Positions 1-57,896 of a stretch of 64,000 nt of DNA are shown here, piece after piece. Origin of the DNA: Antedon mediterranea (lineage: Eukaryota > Animalia > Echinodermata); assembly GCF_964355755.1 (NCBI RefSeq), contig NC_092671.1, positions 310,001-374,000 of the forward strand. Direction: 5' to 3'. The position numbers and the translations under genes are program-made. Positions within the stretch are counted from its first letter, which is position 1. Every line of letters begins with the position of its first letter. Under the pieces are notes generated by a model. That model was not told where the DNA came from. It ran no database searches and was given only the letters and a program-made list of their open reading frames with translations.

Positions 1-2749
1 GGGAGCGTTATTATAGGGAATGTTAGTATAGGGAGTGTTGGTAGGGACTGTTAGTATAGGGACTGTTAGTATAATATGGAGTGTTAGTAGGGACTGTCAG
101 TATAGGGCTGTTAGTATAGAGACTCTTAGGGCCCGTTTATGAACAGCAAGTAACCGGATAACTTGTCATCTTTTGGGGTCATTAATCATACTTTAACGAC
201 CCTTAATGGCTTTTTTGAGTACTACCACCTGGGTTATCCGGACCAACCTCAGCCCGGCAAATTTGGAGGGTTGGCTTGTCCTCGGGGGAGTTGAAAGCGA
301 CCTTGCTGGATTAAACAATGTATTTTATGAGATAATCATGCACATCAGGCTGAAAATAAGGCCATGAGTAGCCGGATAACTAGAAGTCTGTAAACGGTAT
401 TGAGAAGTTTGATTTAGCCTTGTCAGGAGAGACCTCTGGCATATCCAGATACTTTAAATGTTCATAAACACAACCTTAGTATAGGGACTGTTAGTATAGG
501 GACTGTTAGTAAATAGGGACTGTTAGTATAGGGACTGTTAGTATAGTGAGTGTTAGTATAGGGAGTGTTAGTATATGGACTGTTAGTATAGTGAGTGTTA
601 ATATAGGGACTGTTAGTAAATAGGGACTGTTAGTATAGGGACTGTTAGTATAGCGAGTGTTAGTATAGGGACTGTTAGTAAATAGGGACTGTTAGTATAG
701 GGACTGTTAGGATAGGGAGTGTTTGTATAGGGAGTGTTAGTATAGGGACTCTTAGTATAGGGACTGTTAGTATAGGGACTGTTAGTATAGGGAGTGTTAG
801 TATAGGGACTGTTAGTATAGGGAGTGTTAGTATAGGGACTGTTAGTATAGGGAGTGTTAGTATAGGGACTGTTAGTATAGTGAGTGTTAGTATAGTGACT
901 GTTAGTATAGGGACTGTTAGGATAGGGAGTGTTTGTATAGGGAGTGTTAGTATAGGGACTCTTAGTATAGGGACTGTTAGTATAGGGAGTGTTAGTATAG
1001 GGAGTGTTAGTATAGGGACTGTTAGTATAGGGAATGTTAGTATAGGGACTGTTAGTATAGGGAGTGTTAGTATAGGGACTCTTAGTATAGGGACTGTTAG
1101 TATAGGGACTGTTAGTATAGGGAGTGTTAGTATAGGGACTGTTAGTATAGGGACTCTTAGTATAGGGACTGTTAGTATAGGGACTGTTAGTATAGGGAGT
1201 GTTAGTATAGGGACTCTTAGTATAGGGACTGTTAGTATAGGGACTGTTAGTATAGGGAGTGTTAGTATAGGGACTCTTAGTATAGGGACTGTTAGTATAG
1301 GGACTGTTAGTATAGTGAGTGTTAGTATAGGGAGTGTTAGTATAGGGACTGTTAGTATAGTGAGTGTTAGTATAGGGACTGTTAGTATAGTGAGTGTTAG
1401 TATAGGAAGTGTTAGTATAGGGACTGTTAGTATAGGGACTGTTAGTATAGGGAATGTTAGTATAGGGACTGTTAGTATAGGGACTGTTAGTATAGTGAGT
1501 GTTAGTATAGGGACTGTTAGTATAGGGACCGTTAGTATAGGGACTGTTAGTATAGGTACTGTTAGTATAGGGACTGTTAGTATAGTGAGTGTTAGTATAG
1601 GGACTGTTAGGATAGGGAGTGTTTGTATAGGGAGTGTTTAGTATAGGGAGTGTTTAGTATAGGGACTGTTAGTATAGGGAGTGTTAGTATAGGGACTGTT
1701 AGTATAGGGACTGTTAGTATAGGGACTGTTAGTATAGGGAGTGTTAGTATAGGGACTGTTAGTATAGGGAGTTTTAGTATAGTGAGTGTTAGTATAGGGA
1801 ATGTTAGTATAGGGACTGTTAGTATAGGGAGTGTTAGTATAGGGACTGTTAGTATAGTGAGTGTTAGTATAGGGAATGTTAGTATAGTGAGTGTTAGTAT
1901 AGGGAATGTTAGTATAGGGACTGTTAGTATAGGGACTGTTAGTATAGGGACTGTTAGTATAGGGACCGTTAGTATAGGGACTGTTAGTATAGGGACTGTT
2001 AGTATAGGGAGTGTTTGTATAGGGAATGTTAGTATAGGGACTGTTAGTATAGGGACTGTTAGTATAGGGACTGTTAGTATAGGGACCGTTAGTATAGGGA
2101 CTGTTAGTATAGTGAGTGTTAGTATAGGGACTGTTAGTATAGGGACTGTTAGTATAGTGAGTGTTAGTATAGGGACTGTTAGTATAGGGAGTGTTAGTAT
2201 AGGGAGTGTTAGTATAGGGACTGTTAGTATAGGGACTGTTAGTATAGGGACTGTTAGTATAGGGACTGTTAGTATAGCGAGTGTTAGTATAGTGAGTGTT
2301 AGTATAGGGAATGTTAGTATAGGGACTGTTAGTATAGGGAGTGTTAGTATAGGGACTGTTAGTATAGTGAGTGTTAGTATAGGGAATGTTAGTATAGTGA
2401 GTGTTAGTATAGGGAATGTTAGTATAGGGACTGTTAGTATAGGGACTGTTAGTATAGGGACTGTTAGTATAGGGACCGTTAGTATAGGGACTGTTAGTAT
2501 AGTGAGTGTTAGTATAGGGACTGTTAGTATAGGGACTGTTAGTATAGTGAGTGTTAGTATAGGGACTGTTAGGATAGGGAGTGTTTGTATAGGGAGTGTT
2601 TAGTATAGGGACTGTTAGTATAGGGAGTGTTAGTATAGGGAATGTTAGTATAGGGACTGTTAGTATAGGGACTGTTAGTATAGGGACTGTTAGTATAGGG
2701 ACTGTTAGTATAGGGACTGTTAGTATAGTGAGTGTTAGTATAGGGACTG
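1..2749 (+). repeat. 15-bp satellite (GTTAGTATAGGGA[C/G]T)n, about 160 units
   Basis: Directly visible; degenerate at the left edge and interrupted by an insertion at 129-475. Confidence 0.98.
129..475. mobile_element. PIF/Harbinger-type MITE (347 bp) with TTA target-site duplication
   Basis: Imperfect TIRs GGGCCCGTTTATGAACA / TGTTCATAAACACAACC; TTA at 126-128 and 476-478; removing it restores the satellite unit. Confidence 0.75.
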
Positions 2750-3846
2750 ATTGACATTTGATTTAAAATTAGCAACAGAAAATCAAAATGGTTTTAACCA
2801 AATAATGAGGCAATCCAAGATGTATCATTACCCTAAACTGTTTTATATCTTAATCCTTACCTACATTACACTTATTTTAAAACTATGAAAATAACAATAA
2901 ATAATCACTTTAAACAAATCTTGTTGCTAGGCACGTGTGGTTTTAATTGTTACAGCACGAGTTATGTACATTTGAATCCTTTACGCATCATGCTTCACAC
3001 TTTTTTTTCAACTTAGCGATAATTCTGTTGCCATCCAAACGTGTGACTATCGTGATCGAAATTAGACGATATGCGCGAGAAATAAAAACATTTATGCAAT
3101 TTATCATAGCATCTCGGGAAAAGCAATTAGAGCTACAAATAAAAGCAACGGTAATTACACATAGTGACTGTTAGTGTAGATAGATAATAAAGTGGTTGAT
3201 TGAGTAACAGCCGCCAATGATGGGATCCATTTAAAGGTTTGGATGGTCAACTAATGCGACTATTATGTGTTCTCTGCTATCCTCTGGGATTTATCTTCAA
3301 TTATCGATTCCCATTGTTATGTCATCGTATTTTTTATTTACATATTTCGTGCCATCGTAAAATGAAGATTTAATACCACATACAACAAAAAACATTGTTT
3401 ATCTTGCAAATATGTGTATACCTTATTTAAGTTAAGTTACGGTTAAGTGTTTGTTTAAGCCTAGAGAGGGCGGTAGACATTATAATTATTAGGCTCTTCA
3501 ATAATGTTGCTTATCGCCATCTCTCTCTTTACATATAAAATTAATCTAAAAAGTTGTTTAGTGCACATTTCTTGCTAAAATTAAAATATGTGTAACATAA
3601 CACGATCAATGTTGTTTTATGTACAAGTATGTAATGGACGCTGGTGAAAGTTGAGCGGTAGAGGTTACTACAAATATATCAGTTTTATGAATAAATAGGG
3701 CGCTCTTATTCACTTTAATATATCGACATAACCAATACACTATACTAGGAATTGTATACGAAATAGGTATGGTTCAATTACTAAAAAATATATAGCATAT
3801 CCGATCACACTTTTATGGATATTGATTTGAAATAGGGCTGGTTGTT

Positions 3847-4296
3847 CGATGCACTTGTGGTAAGCAAAGCCTAGATTATTCTAGGCACACTATTTAACGT
3901 TGGAGACGATCGATGCACTTGTGCTAATCAAAGCCTAGATTATTCTAGGCCGTATACTATTTAACGTTGGAGACGATCGATGCACTTGTGCTAATCAAAG
4001 CCTAGATTATTCTAGGCATACTATTTAACGTTGGAGACGATCGATGCACCTGTGCTAATCAAAGCCTAAATTATTCTAGGCATACTATTTAACGTTGGAG
4101 ACATCGATGCACCTGTGCTAATCAAAGCCTAGATTATTCTAGGCATACTATTTAACGTTGGAGACGATCGATGTACTTGTGCTAATCAAAGCCTAGATTC
4201 TAGGCCGCATACTATTTAACGTTGGAGACGATCGATGTACTTGTGCTAATCAAAGCCTAGATTATTCTAGGCATACTATTTAACGTTGGAGACGAT
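3847..4296 (+). repeat. About 64-bp minisatellite, 7 copies, each with a GCCTAGA-TTAT-TCTAGGC hairpin
   Basis: Unit CGATGCACTTGTGCTAATCAAAGCCTAGATTATTCTAGGCATACTATTTAACGTTGGAGACGAT. Confidence 0.95.
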
Positions 4297-7200
4297 AAGG
4301 CTCGTAATGGCAACCAGGAGAGAACGGTCATTGGGGTTGTAATGAACTGATAGCATAACACATTGTGATTCCTTGCTACCATTCGAAAGTAGCCTACAAG
4401 GTGTGACGTCAAGGTGGCCATGTCATTTCGGCTGAGTAACTCTTTTATTTAGAAAATACGTGTATTAAAACATTACGATCGCGAACACAGTATAAAAGCG
4501 AAATTTGGTTGGTTTTTTTCTGGCCATAAGATATTGGATTAATTTGTTTCACGTATTTTTGTTTTATGACCACGTTGTTTACCTTTAACTTTAATATAAT
4601 TATTATAGAAAATCGAATTACATAACCTTATTTTTTAATGTGATGTGTTGTCGTTTGTGAATAATTATATTTGACTTTCAAATTAATTTCTTAACGAATA
4701 TTAAACTACTGTATTTGTAATAGTATTAATGATGATGTTAGTATGATTTGATCAAGGCCAGTTATAACAAGGATATCATTTCTGAAATTGGTTTATTAAT
4801 GATAAATCAATTGTGCATTTATATCCACACAAAAATATTCAAGAAGAAATGTTTGTGGGTCGGTTCCCATTCATAACCAAAATGTAAACGCAAGTAATTT
4901 TACCAGTCACAAGCGACGGATCGCCCCAAGTGTTGCGCGTACGTCATTACGTCATGACTGGGTACATATTTTATTGTACCTTTCTGATTTTATATAAATC
5001 CACCAAATTCAATTTTTTATATTTTATTTGTTTAAATAAAATTATCTTAATCTAATAAATGTACATTATGCAATACAATTTGCCGATTCCAGACATTGTT
5101 TCAATTGAGACGTTTTAGAATTGATTTGTTCGTGTATTTGGTATTGTCTCAAATTCAATGAATACATATTGTATGCTACTTTTAATTTAATTTCTACTGC
5201 AATATGATTCTCTATTGATAAGAACATGAAATATGAATATAGAATTACAATAGCATACTACTTTATTATTCATCGATGATATATTGCATTTAGAATATGT
5301 AAGAGTAAATATTGTCATTATTTGTTTATGTTTTATCAGAAAAAATAATATACAATTGGATATGTTTAATCATGCTTATATGATTTTCATACAATAAAAT
5401 ATCTATTTGGGCTATTTTTAGCCTTTGGAGTTGTGCTATACGATAACGTATCGGTATCACGACTCAAGAATAAGCCCACTTTTAAGAATAAGCCCACTTT
5501 TAGCAATGTACCGTACGTCTCACACACTGGATGTTATGTATATTATATCAAATCACAGTATAAACGTGGACACTATAAAACCAGGTGAATAATAAAATAT
5601 ATGAGCAGCTGACGCATTTTCTCCGTTGTCGTTGGGTTTTGGTTACGTTTTATTAGCCTGTATCTACGAAATATTTTACCTACACGATCCCTTTAATAGC
5701 TTAAATTGAAATTACAAATGTGTCCAAATGATTCATTATCCTCTTGCCGATGTGGTTTTAAAGTCTATTATTTATCGGGTTTCAGACAGTTTGGTTAGAT
5801 TTTCCTATGTAAATGAAAATACGACTTACAAAATGAGGTTGTTAGCCGAAATAGGAATCGTTTCCGATTTTAATTTATGCGACACACAAAACAAAGTAAA
5901 CAATAATAATATGTTCAACTTAACTCAACACTAAATGTTTGCGTATAGATAATAATGTTATTATTGGTTGGTTTTTGTAATTGTTTAGTAAAAATTATTT
6001 TTTGAGGTCTGTTTGTACTATAAATTATGTGCCACAACACATTTTTCACTCTCTCGATCTCTTAAACTTTAACAAATAATATATTTGTTTAGAAGTAATT
6101 AAATCTTTATTAAAATTGAATAAACATGTTAAGGTAGGACCTCAAACGCACATCACACAACGAATTTATTTCAGAACCATTTATCGCTGCTCATATGATT
6201 ATAACATTACATAAGTATTTGTTTTAATTTCTTCACTTCTTCCTCATGTTTTCATTGAATAGGAACAGTAAACATTTATTTCAGAGTATGTAAGTGATAT
6301 GATTGGTCACTGTTGTTAATGATTGCTAATGACGTCAACAAACGTCTTAATGTTGAGGAGTCACTGGCACCCGTGTAATTCCGTCGTATGCGATCTTATA
6401 AATTGCTTTGGATTAGTTGTTAAAATTGCTGAAAATATATATCTACATCATAATTATTCTAATATTACTAGAACATAGTCATAACTTTTTATACGATTCA
6501 ATAAAAGTCTTCAATTTTATTTCGATAGAACCCAGATTCGTGTGTACATTTTTCCTGACCTTGCCAATTTGTGTTTGTGTGCCCATCAGACAATTCTCTT
6601 ATACGGATAAAAATGGGGTAAACGACAGAAAAACATCGACAACAATTCACAAATGACAGACAAACAAGTCCAAAAATATAACGTGTTTTATTCTTAATAC
6701 GTATCGGTAAAACCATGTTATATTTATTAATGAAATTTGTTACGTTGAGTAGTTAAGCAGACGTTACGTGATAGTAATGAATTATGACGTCAGTGATTGA
6801 TTCGTTACGTTAGTGGATGATGCAGACTTGTTGGTCTGTATCCGTTGTTATGGTACACTTCGGGGTTTTTTTGTGGATTATGTTATTTTGATATGTAGCT
6901 TTGGTGATGAGACCCTTCTGATATAAAATGGTACTATAGATTACGTTATGGATGTACTGTTCATGTATTATTCACAATACACACTTTTCAGAGAGAAAAT
7001 AATTAGCTTGTAGGCTTATGTAAGCCGATTGTTTTGTTGTTGATTAGGGCCTATATTATTATTATTATTAATTGGTTGGTGTTGCGCTATAGCCTTCCCT
7101 CTAATGTGCTGAGAGTGTTTTGAAAGAATGTTGACAGTAGTACAGGTTATGTATTATAGTGGTAGTGTTGGATTGATGGAAAATGTAGCATCTATTCATG

Positions 7201-8200
7201 TTGTAGGCCATGACAACATCATGGGCGTGCTGCGGTGTAGTTAAGTTTATTTATTTATGCCTATACATTTTCATATGGATATATTTTCATAATATCATTG
7301 CAAATAATATTCATACTGTATTGACATGTAACATGAAACTATTATGTATCGTGTACCTCAAAAGGAAGCAAAAGTAATTTTGTCTCAGACATTTAATTTA
7401 AATCGTATAGTATCCGTACATAATGTATTACTGTCTTCTTTGTCTGAATTGCAAATGATGTAGCTACTATCCTATCTTTATAAATGAAGTTTGATCCTTT
7501 AAAACCTTGGAGAAAAGTATCTATATAATCCGTCAATATTAAAAGAAAATGAGGTTTTCTTTCAATATTTGATGTTATAGAATAATAAGACGGATAATAA
7601 TAATAAAGGTATTATTGTGAAATTCTATTATTGATATATTTATAGGCCTATAATTAGGATTATGATTATTTCAACTATTTTCAATAGTGCAATAAACGGC
7701 CATTAAATATATAAATAGGCCTATATTATTATTATAATTATATTATTCCATTCAATATATTAAATTATTGAATATGGTAATTATTTATGATTAACATGAA
7801 TAATCAAAACAATACTCTATAAATAATTACTTTAATATTAATCACTTTGAAATATACCAACAAGTATTTAAGCAAACTACGTATACTGGTACAAGTGGTT
7901 GTGTTGTGATTATATATGTTGGTGTAGTATTATCACACATTGTTACTAAAAAACCAATTATATTTCAAGTTAAAGGTTTAGTAGACCACAAGATGCTCAT
8001 ATAAAATTAGAATTCGAACAATACTACAGTTGAAAATAAGCCACATAATATCAACCCAATTTGTTTTTATAGTTTCCATATAGAGTTTCTATATTCTAAT
8101 TATTCAGTTGTTGAAATACTGCACTATAGTTTTAATGTACTTCCTTTATACCTTACTGTGCCACCATAAATAGAACTACAATAATAACAACTGTGTGTGC

Positions 8201-8416
8201 ATCCAATGTTGAACGAGCGCACGAACCTCAGGCTCCGCGCACAAACCTTGTTGTACCCGTGGATCCGATGTTGAACGAGCGCACAAACCTCAGGCTCCGC
8301 GCACAAACCTTGTTGTACCCGTGGATCCGATGTTGAACGAGCGCACGAACCTCAGGCTCCGCGCACAAACCTTGTTGTACCCGTGGATCCGATGTTGAAC
8401 GAGCGCACGAACCTCA
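8201..8416 (+). repeat. 62-bp GC-rich minisatellite, about 3.5 copies
   Basis: Unit GATCCGATGTTGAACGAGCGCACGAACCTCAGGCTCCGCGCACAAACCTTGTTGTACCCGTG. Confidence 0.95.
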
Positions 8417-8847
8417 ATTACTATTCCTGCCTTGTTGAAAAATAAAACAGTAAAATTGTTTGATTTATTTTAGGAATTCGGAGTATAATAAAGTTATCAA
8501 CATAGAGATATAAATGTCCTTAATTTATTGCAAGTTTATAGAGTTTTGGACAGCATTCAGTCAAGCATTTACAAAAATACTTTATAGGCCCATTCTATAA
8601 AATCGATGATAAATAACATTACGTTTACTGTATGTGTGTATGTTTAAGCTGAAATTGGTATTATTCATTGCATTGTTTTATTGCAATTTTTAAACATACA
8701 AACACTGTCAAAATACAACCTGAGAATCCCCGTGTGACCACCATGGACAATTTTCATATCTATTTCATGCGTCGGAGACGCGTTTCAGTCGTGTTTCAAC
8801 AACTTGACCGTTACTGTGTTTTTAGAACAGCTGCGTAGCAGCACCTT

Positions 8848-9465
8848 CACCTTCCCTGCGTTTTTCAGATCTATTTTAAGGATCACAAACTATATTTAAT
8901 GTAAAAATAATACTATAATGTCCTATTGCGATAACTTTTTTCGTCTTTAAATGGTTAAAAATATGAAATATTAATATGAAGTCGATTCCAATAATTAAAG
9001 CGGCCCACTATAAATCCCAAAATGCATTGCGCGCGGATTGATATTTCTGTTTTTCTTCTGTAATTCACCCACTTTCGATTGATCGTGAGGCCAAAACAAA
9101 TGGAAGACTCCTAACTTTTCAGCGAAAATACCGGGTCTTCCCCAAATCGGAGTCTGGCAAAAATAGAAAGAGAATTAATGCAGCAACTATACAACGTCAG
9201 GCTAGGTATATAGCTAGCGTACGATGTTCGTACGTTACCGATGTTTACCAGCCAGGCCTACAAAACTAAGCCTAGCAGCTAGGCTAGGCCTACGAGAGGT
9301 CAGTCGCCGCGAGCTACTTAGGTAGTGCATTGTTTCTCACTTTTTATCATAATTTACCATAAAACGTACATTTAAGACAAGGAATGACCTGGTGTAATGT
9401 TTTTAAAGTAATATATATGTATTATTTTTACAAAACGTCACAAATTGTAGGGAAGGTGTCTTTAA
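8848..9465. mobile_element. Possible decayed non-autonomous DNA transposon (Kolobok-like TTAA end)
   Basis: The right end AGGGAAGGTGTCT-TTAA is inverted relative to CACCTTCCCT at 8848. Interior is CpG-richer than the flanks. Left end is decayed. Confidence 0.3.
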
Positions 9466-12218
9466 TATAATCTTAAAGTGGGCGATTAGTTCTCGTCGTT
9501 CTTTTGTCCACTCGTTGTTCTAGTGGGAACCAAGCTTTAGTTTCCGTATTTAGAATAGCTTATCGCCCGTTTCGATAGACTTTAAGTCATACACTTTTAA
9601 AACCTGGTGATATATAATTTTAGGAGAGACTCTGAATACCATTTGTAATGAAACATAAACATATCCTTCACAATCTAGGAAAGTACTTTACTATGTGTTG
9701 CTGTATGAATGTAGTGCCTTAATGAATGCAAGATAATGTTGTGATTGTACAAAGGAAATGTAAACGTTGAGATACACAGGTATACACGGTTAATGCACGA
9801 AAAGGTCAAAATAATATCTCGTCGAACATTAAAATTCAGAATTTCTTAAGAACATAACAGACTTGAAAACAACAAATTGCTCGAGGTATTGGTTGCAGAA
9901 AAGCAGCATGGCATTTGTAGATTAACCTCATATTGCGTAAACACACGCATAAGGTTAATCATAATTTAACGGTCAGATAAGCTGGGTGATTTTCGTTTGT
10001 CTTATTTATTTATGATTATTGTTTCTCCGACACGCCCCAGTTTCTTTATGATCATGACATTGACTTTTAAACTTTATTTTTGAAGGTCAGACTATAAAAT
10101 AAATATTGGCGTTAAATGACTAGTTTGCTAAATGTTTTGTTCATGCCATCCATGCTCTTTAAATATTCGTGTCAATTTCCCAGGCCTTATAAATATTATA
10201 ATATAAAATTAATATTTTGAACACTTGTTTTTCACTATGCGTCGATATGTATAGCCAGCTGTTGATGCCATATAATAATATTACTTGTCATTTATTATAT
10301 TAAAACTAATAAACCACAATCATTCGATGATTAACGATGTTATCATTTCAATCTACTAATAATATTACCAATTGTAACAACAATAATATCATGAAAATTA
10401 TACATGGAAAAATAATTTATTTTTGAATCAAAATTCTTCATTGTAAACAGTTATTAATTATAGAGATCTATTAAAATTGAGAAAGCCAACTGATAGTTTT
10501 CGAAACGTCAGGTAAATAAAATAATCGTTATTTACTACTACTATTACGGTTGAGATATAATTAACTATTATATTTTAGTTATTAATTATAGTTAAAATGT
10601 TTACTGGTACAGTATCTATATTGAACACCACTAAAATGATATTGAAATGTTACAGTATCAATAAAACATACTAAATATGAATATTGGTGATTATTTATGT
10701 CAATCAGTTATTGTTCATTAAAAACCTGACAGTAGTACAACATAATACGTCGTGATCTCCATGACATATACTGGGGATCATATACATGTTTGACATTCTG
10801 GAGTTGTTATCAGGTTTCTAAGTAGCTCTCCGTTGTTTAATTTGAAAACATTACAGCAGGTGAAGTTGATCATTTCCTTTATTACCACCTTTTATAGCGA
10901 CAAATCTTACACCACTAAGAATACTGTGTCATCTTCATTTGTAATCAGTTTATGTTTGCGACCTTAAACAATTAGTAACAAATCAGGCAGACTTCGTCCT
11001 TTAAACAAATGTAAACGGATTTGATGTAGAAACCCATTTTTCTTAATCCATCAAATTCTTCATTCCATGTCAATGGTATAATGTTTGCTTTCAATATAAT
11101 GTCGAGTTCAGTTGCTTTTTATCCGTATCCATCTGTCTGTACGTACATTATTTTCAAGGAGTTTTTAGCCTCTTAAGACCAAATTTTGTATTCGTTTGCG
11201 GTCAAGTAAAAAAAAAATAGCTTATCTTAGTATCTTAACTATTATACATGTTTATATAAAGTTCGTAAACTTAATTCTATATTTTTCGTTTATAATTCAT
11301 CTTATCATTCATCGATTCATTTGTATTTGTCAATATGCAATGAAGACTTTTAGTCTAGTGTATAGTAAGGATAAAAAAGGCCATATACATGGCTGCAATC
11401 GCGTGATCAAGTTAGTGTTTACCGACCAACCACACTTCACACTGCGCCCAGATTTCATAGGAAACGATGTGTGTTATTGAGAATGGTAGCCCAGTGCTTA
11501 GTGAGGTAGATCATTCACGACAGTTAAGGGAAGTGATGAGGTTGTTGTAAATATTGCTTAGTAAGTCTAGTTATTGCTCTCTGAGTGGATAAGACTAATA
11601 TACGAAACTATCTATCGATTTCTTCCATGTTGACGGTTCAAGAGCTATTGGATTATTTGATACTGTAGAATTCCAAGCCACCTGTCTAGATAATTTCTAC
11701 ATATAAGGTTTCCTATCTTTTCAAATCCCTTTGGTGAATGTATAATTCATTGGGGAAATAAATGTGATTTCATTCGATTTTCCATGTAAAATTACCATTT
11801 GGCAATGTTATCCTAAGAATAATATTATACAAATGGTACTAATATCGTAGTACGACAGGGGGCGCTACTCAAATAAACGTTGTTATCAGACGCTTTTAAT
11901 TGCAAAGTTCGTCAATCTGTATAATGTATGTGTACAATAATTATGGTCAATCTGTATAATGTATGTGTACAATATAATGTATAATGTATAATGTATGTGT
12001 ACAATAATTAGGTGTTTTTTATTTATATAATTAGTCTTATTTGCGATAGGCACTAACAAAATAAATTAATTTATTTTCAATTAATCACTTATCCTCATAG
12101 TTATACGTTTCCACATGTTTGTACTCGAATAAACCTCTTTGACATATTACCACGAATTTATTGTATGACAATGTATGAACTAATAGAAGTTATTTTCAAC
12201 TCATTTTTGTTTTTACAG

Positions 12219-56379
<44,161 letters not shown>

Positions 56380-57612
56380 GATACTCGGAGAGTAGATAAC
56401 TTATTATTGTATGATATCACGTGTATCGTAGCATTGTCTATAGATACGTACAGAAAGCGGTCTCATTCAGCAGGTAGAAGTTCATCACTATTTGCAGTAA
56501 CTGTATAATGATTTTTTTCAAGTAAAGAAGATAAAAACAAACAAAAAGTTTTAAGAAGACTTTTATTGAGGTGGAAAATTGTTTTAAAAGACAATACGTT
56601 CGCGGCGTCTGACGCGCTCTATGAACTTGTTTATATTTGTAAACATTTTAAATCTATACAAATTATTCTGTTCACATTGCCGAGAGTACAGTGCTTCTTT
56701 GACTGTTTAATTCGTTATTATTCTATTATTATAGGAATATATTATATAGTAATATAAGATGTATTTTCTTTATATATGTGAGATACTGGTATTAAATAGA
56801 CCTACAATTCAAATGTGTACAAATAGTATAATTTGTATATATATATTTTTTTCCGTTCTGATTAAAATCAATATAATAGAGCAGTATGTTTTATTTAAAA
56901 ATAACAGGATTATTACAGAAATATGTTTGCTGGCAACTGGCACTTTTTATGGTTGGCTACCAAGTGCTTTCCTTCTACCTTTGTATAGAAACTATATGTT
57001 TATACATAGTACTTTTTGTAAATTTTAATTGAACGATAGTAATATTATTGTAAGATAAATTGTGTTTGAACAGCTTATACATCACAGAATAAGATATACT
57101 GATGTATGTCATTCTACCAAAGACACGGAATTTAGAAAATATCGCTGGTAGATAGTGTCGGCGGAATGATAGGTTTAATAGGCTGAATTAATTACCCAAC
57201 GTTTTTCTTGGATAGGCATGTTATTGTGTTGTATCATTATGTAAACGTGGTTCTGTTAAACACAGTACAACACTCCTAGATTCCCACTTCGTATACATTG
57301 CTTGCTGTTCCTAAATCAAACAATTTAACCAAAAAGGAGATAAATTATACATTTTGATGATTGTTAAATTGACATACATATTATATATATATATATATAT
57401 ATATATTATACATTATATTTAACTATATAACGTAAATTTCTTAAGTGTAATGTAGATACAATTTTGAATATTAATTAATATTCAAACATGAATATGTATA
57501 TTAACTTTGTTGTATATTTCGATTTGACAGTGTACGTATTCCTCCGCTGTTTCTTATGTTATTATGATCTTATGTGAACGTTTTATTTCAATTTATATTT
57601 TTAACTTATAGT

Positions 57613-57717
57613 AATAAAATAGTGCATTATATTTACACATTATTCTCATTCTCTGCACTTTACAAGTTAATTTTATATTTTTTGTATAAAACAATACTTT
57701 TTGATAATTAAAATAAA
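57613..57717 (+). promoter_or_regulatory. Candidate polyadenylation signals of the NPR-like gene
   Basis: AATAAA at 57613 and 57712, about 1.3 kb after the stop; weak evidence in AT-rich DNA. Confidence 0.25.
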
Positions 57718-57762
57718 AACGTATGGTTGATGATGTATTGAATGATGATTGGACATAAATAA

Positions 57763-57896
57763 AGCTTGGTTACTACTAGGACTCAAAAAAGTACGTAAGC
57801 GCAACACAAGCGACAGTGATAATCCATCACTTGTGATTGGTCAAATTACTTGCGTTGCACCCCTACGTCATTGCGTTGTGTCCTAATGGGAACCAA
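57763..57896. mobile_element. Short decayed MITE (consensus end AGCTTGGTTCCCACTAG); a matching end occurs at 9520-9537
   Basis: AGCTTGGTTACTACTAGGAC ... GTCCTAATGGGAACCAA; internal GCAACACAAG / CTTGCGTTGC; CTAGTGGGAACCAAGCTT at 9520. Confidence 0.5.

Noticed and set aside
880-2603. VSIG(T/S) pentapeptide-repeat ORFs resembling a beta-solenoid or antifreeze protein
   Set aside because: These are translations of the 15-bp satellite. They start at GTG, not ATG. The consensus codons cannot become stops by one substitution, and the array has frameshifts and a MITE insertion.
11485-11610. Possible tRNA-derived SINE (A-box-like TAGCCCAGTGCTTAG)
   Set aside because: No recognisable B-box or cloverleaf; too decayed to call.
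2750-12218. Upstream NPR exons or other genes among the short ORFs
   Set aside because: No ORF showed receptor-like or other recognisable motifs by eye. The short ORFs are low-complexity AT-rich frames, although a small exon could have been missed.
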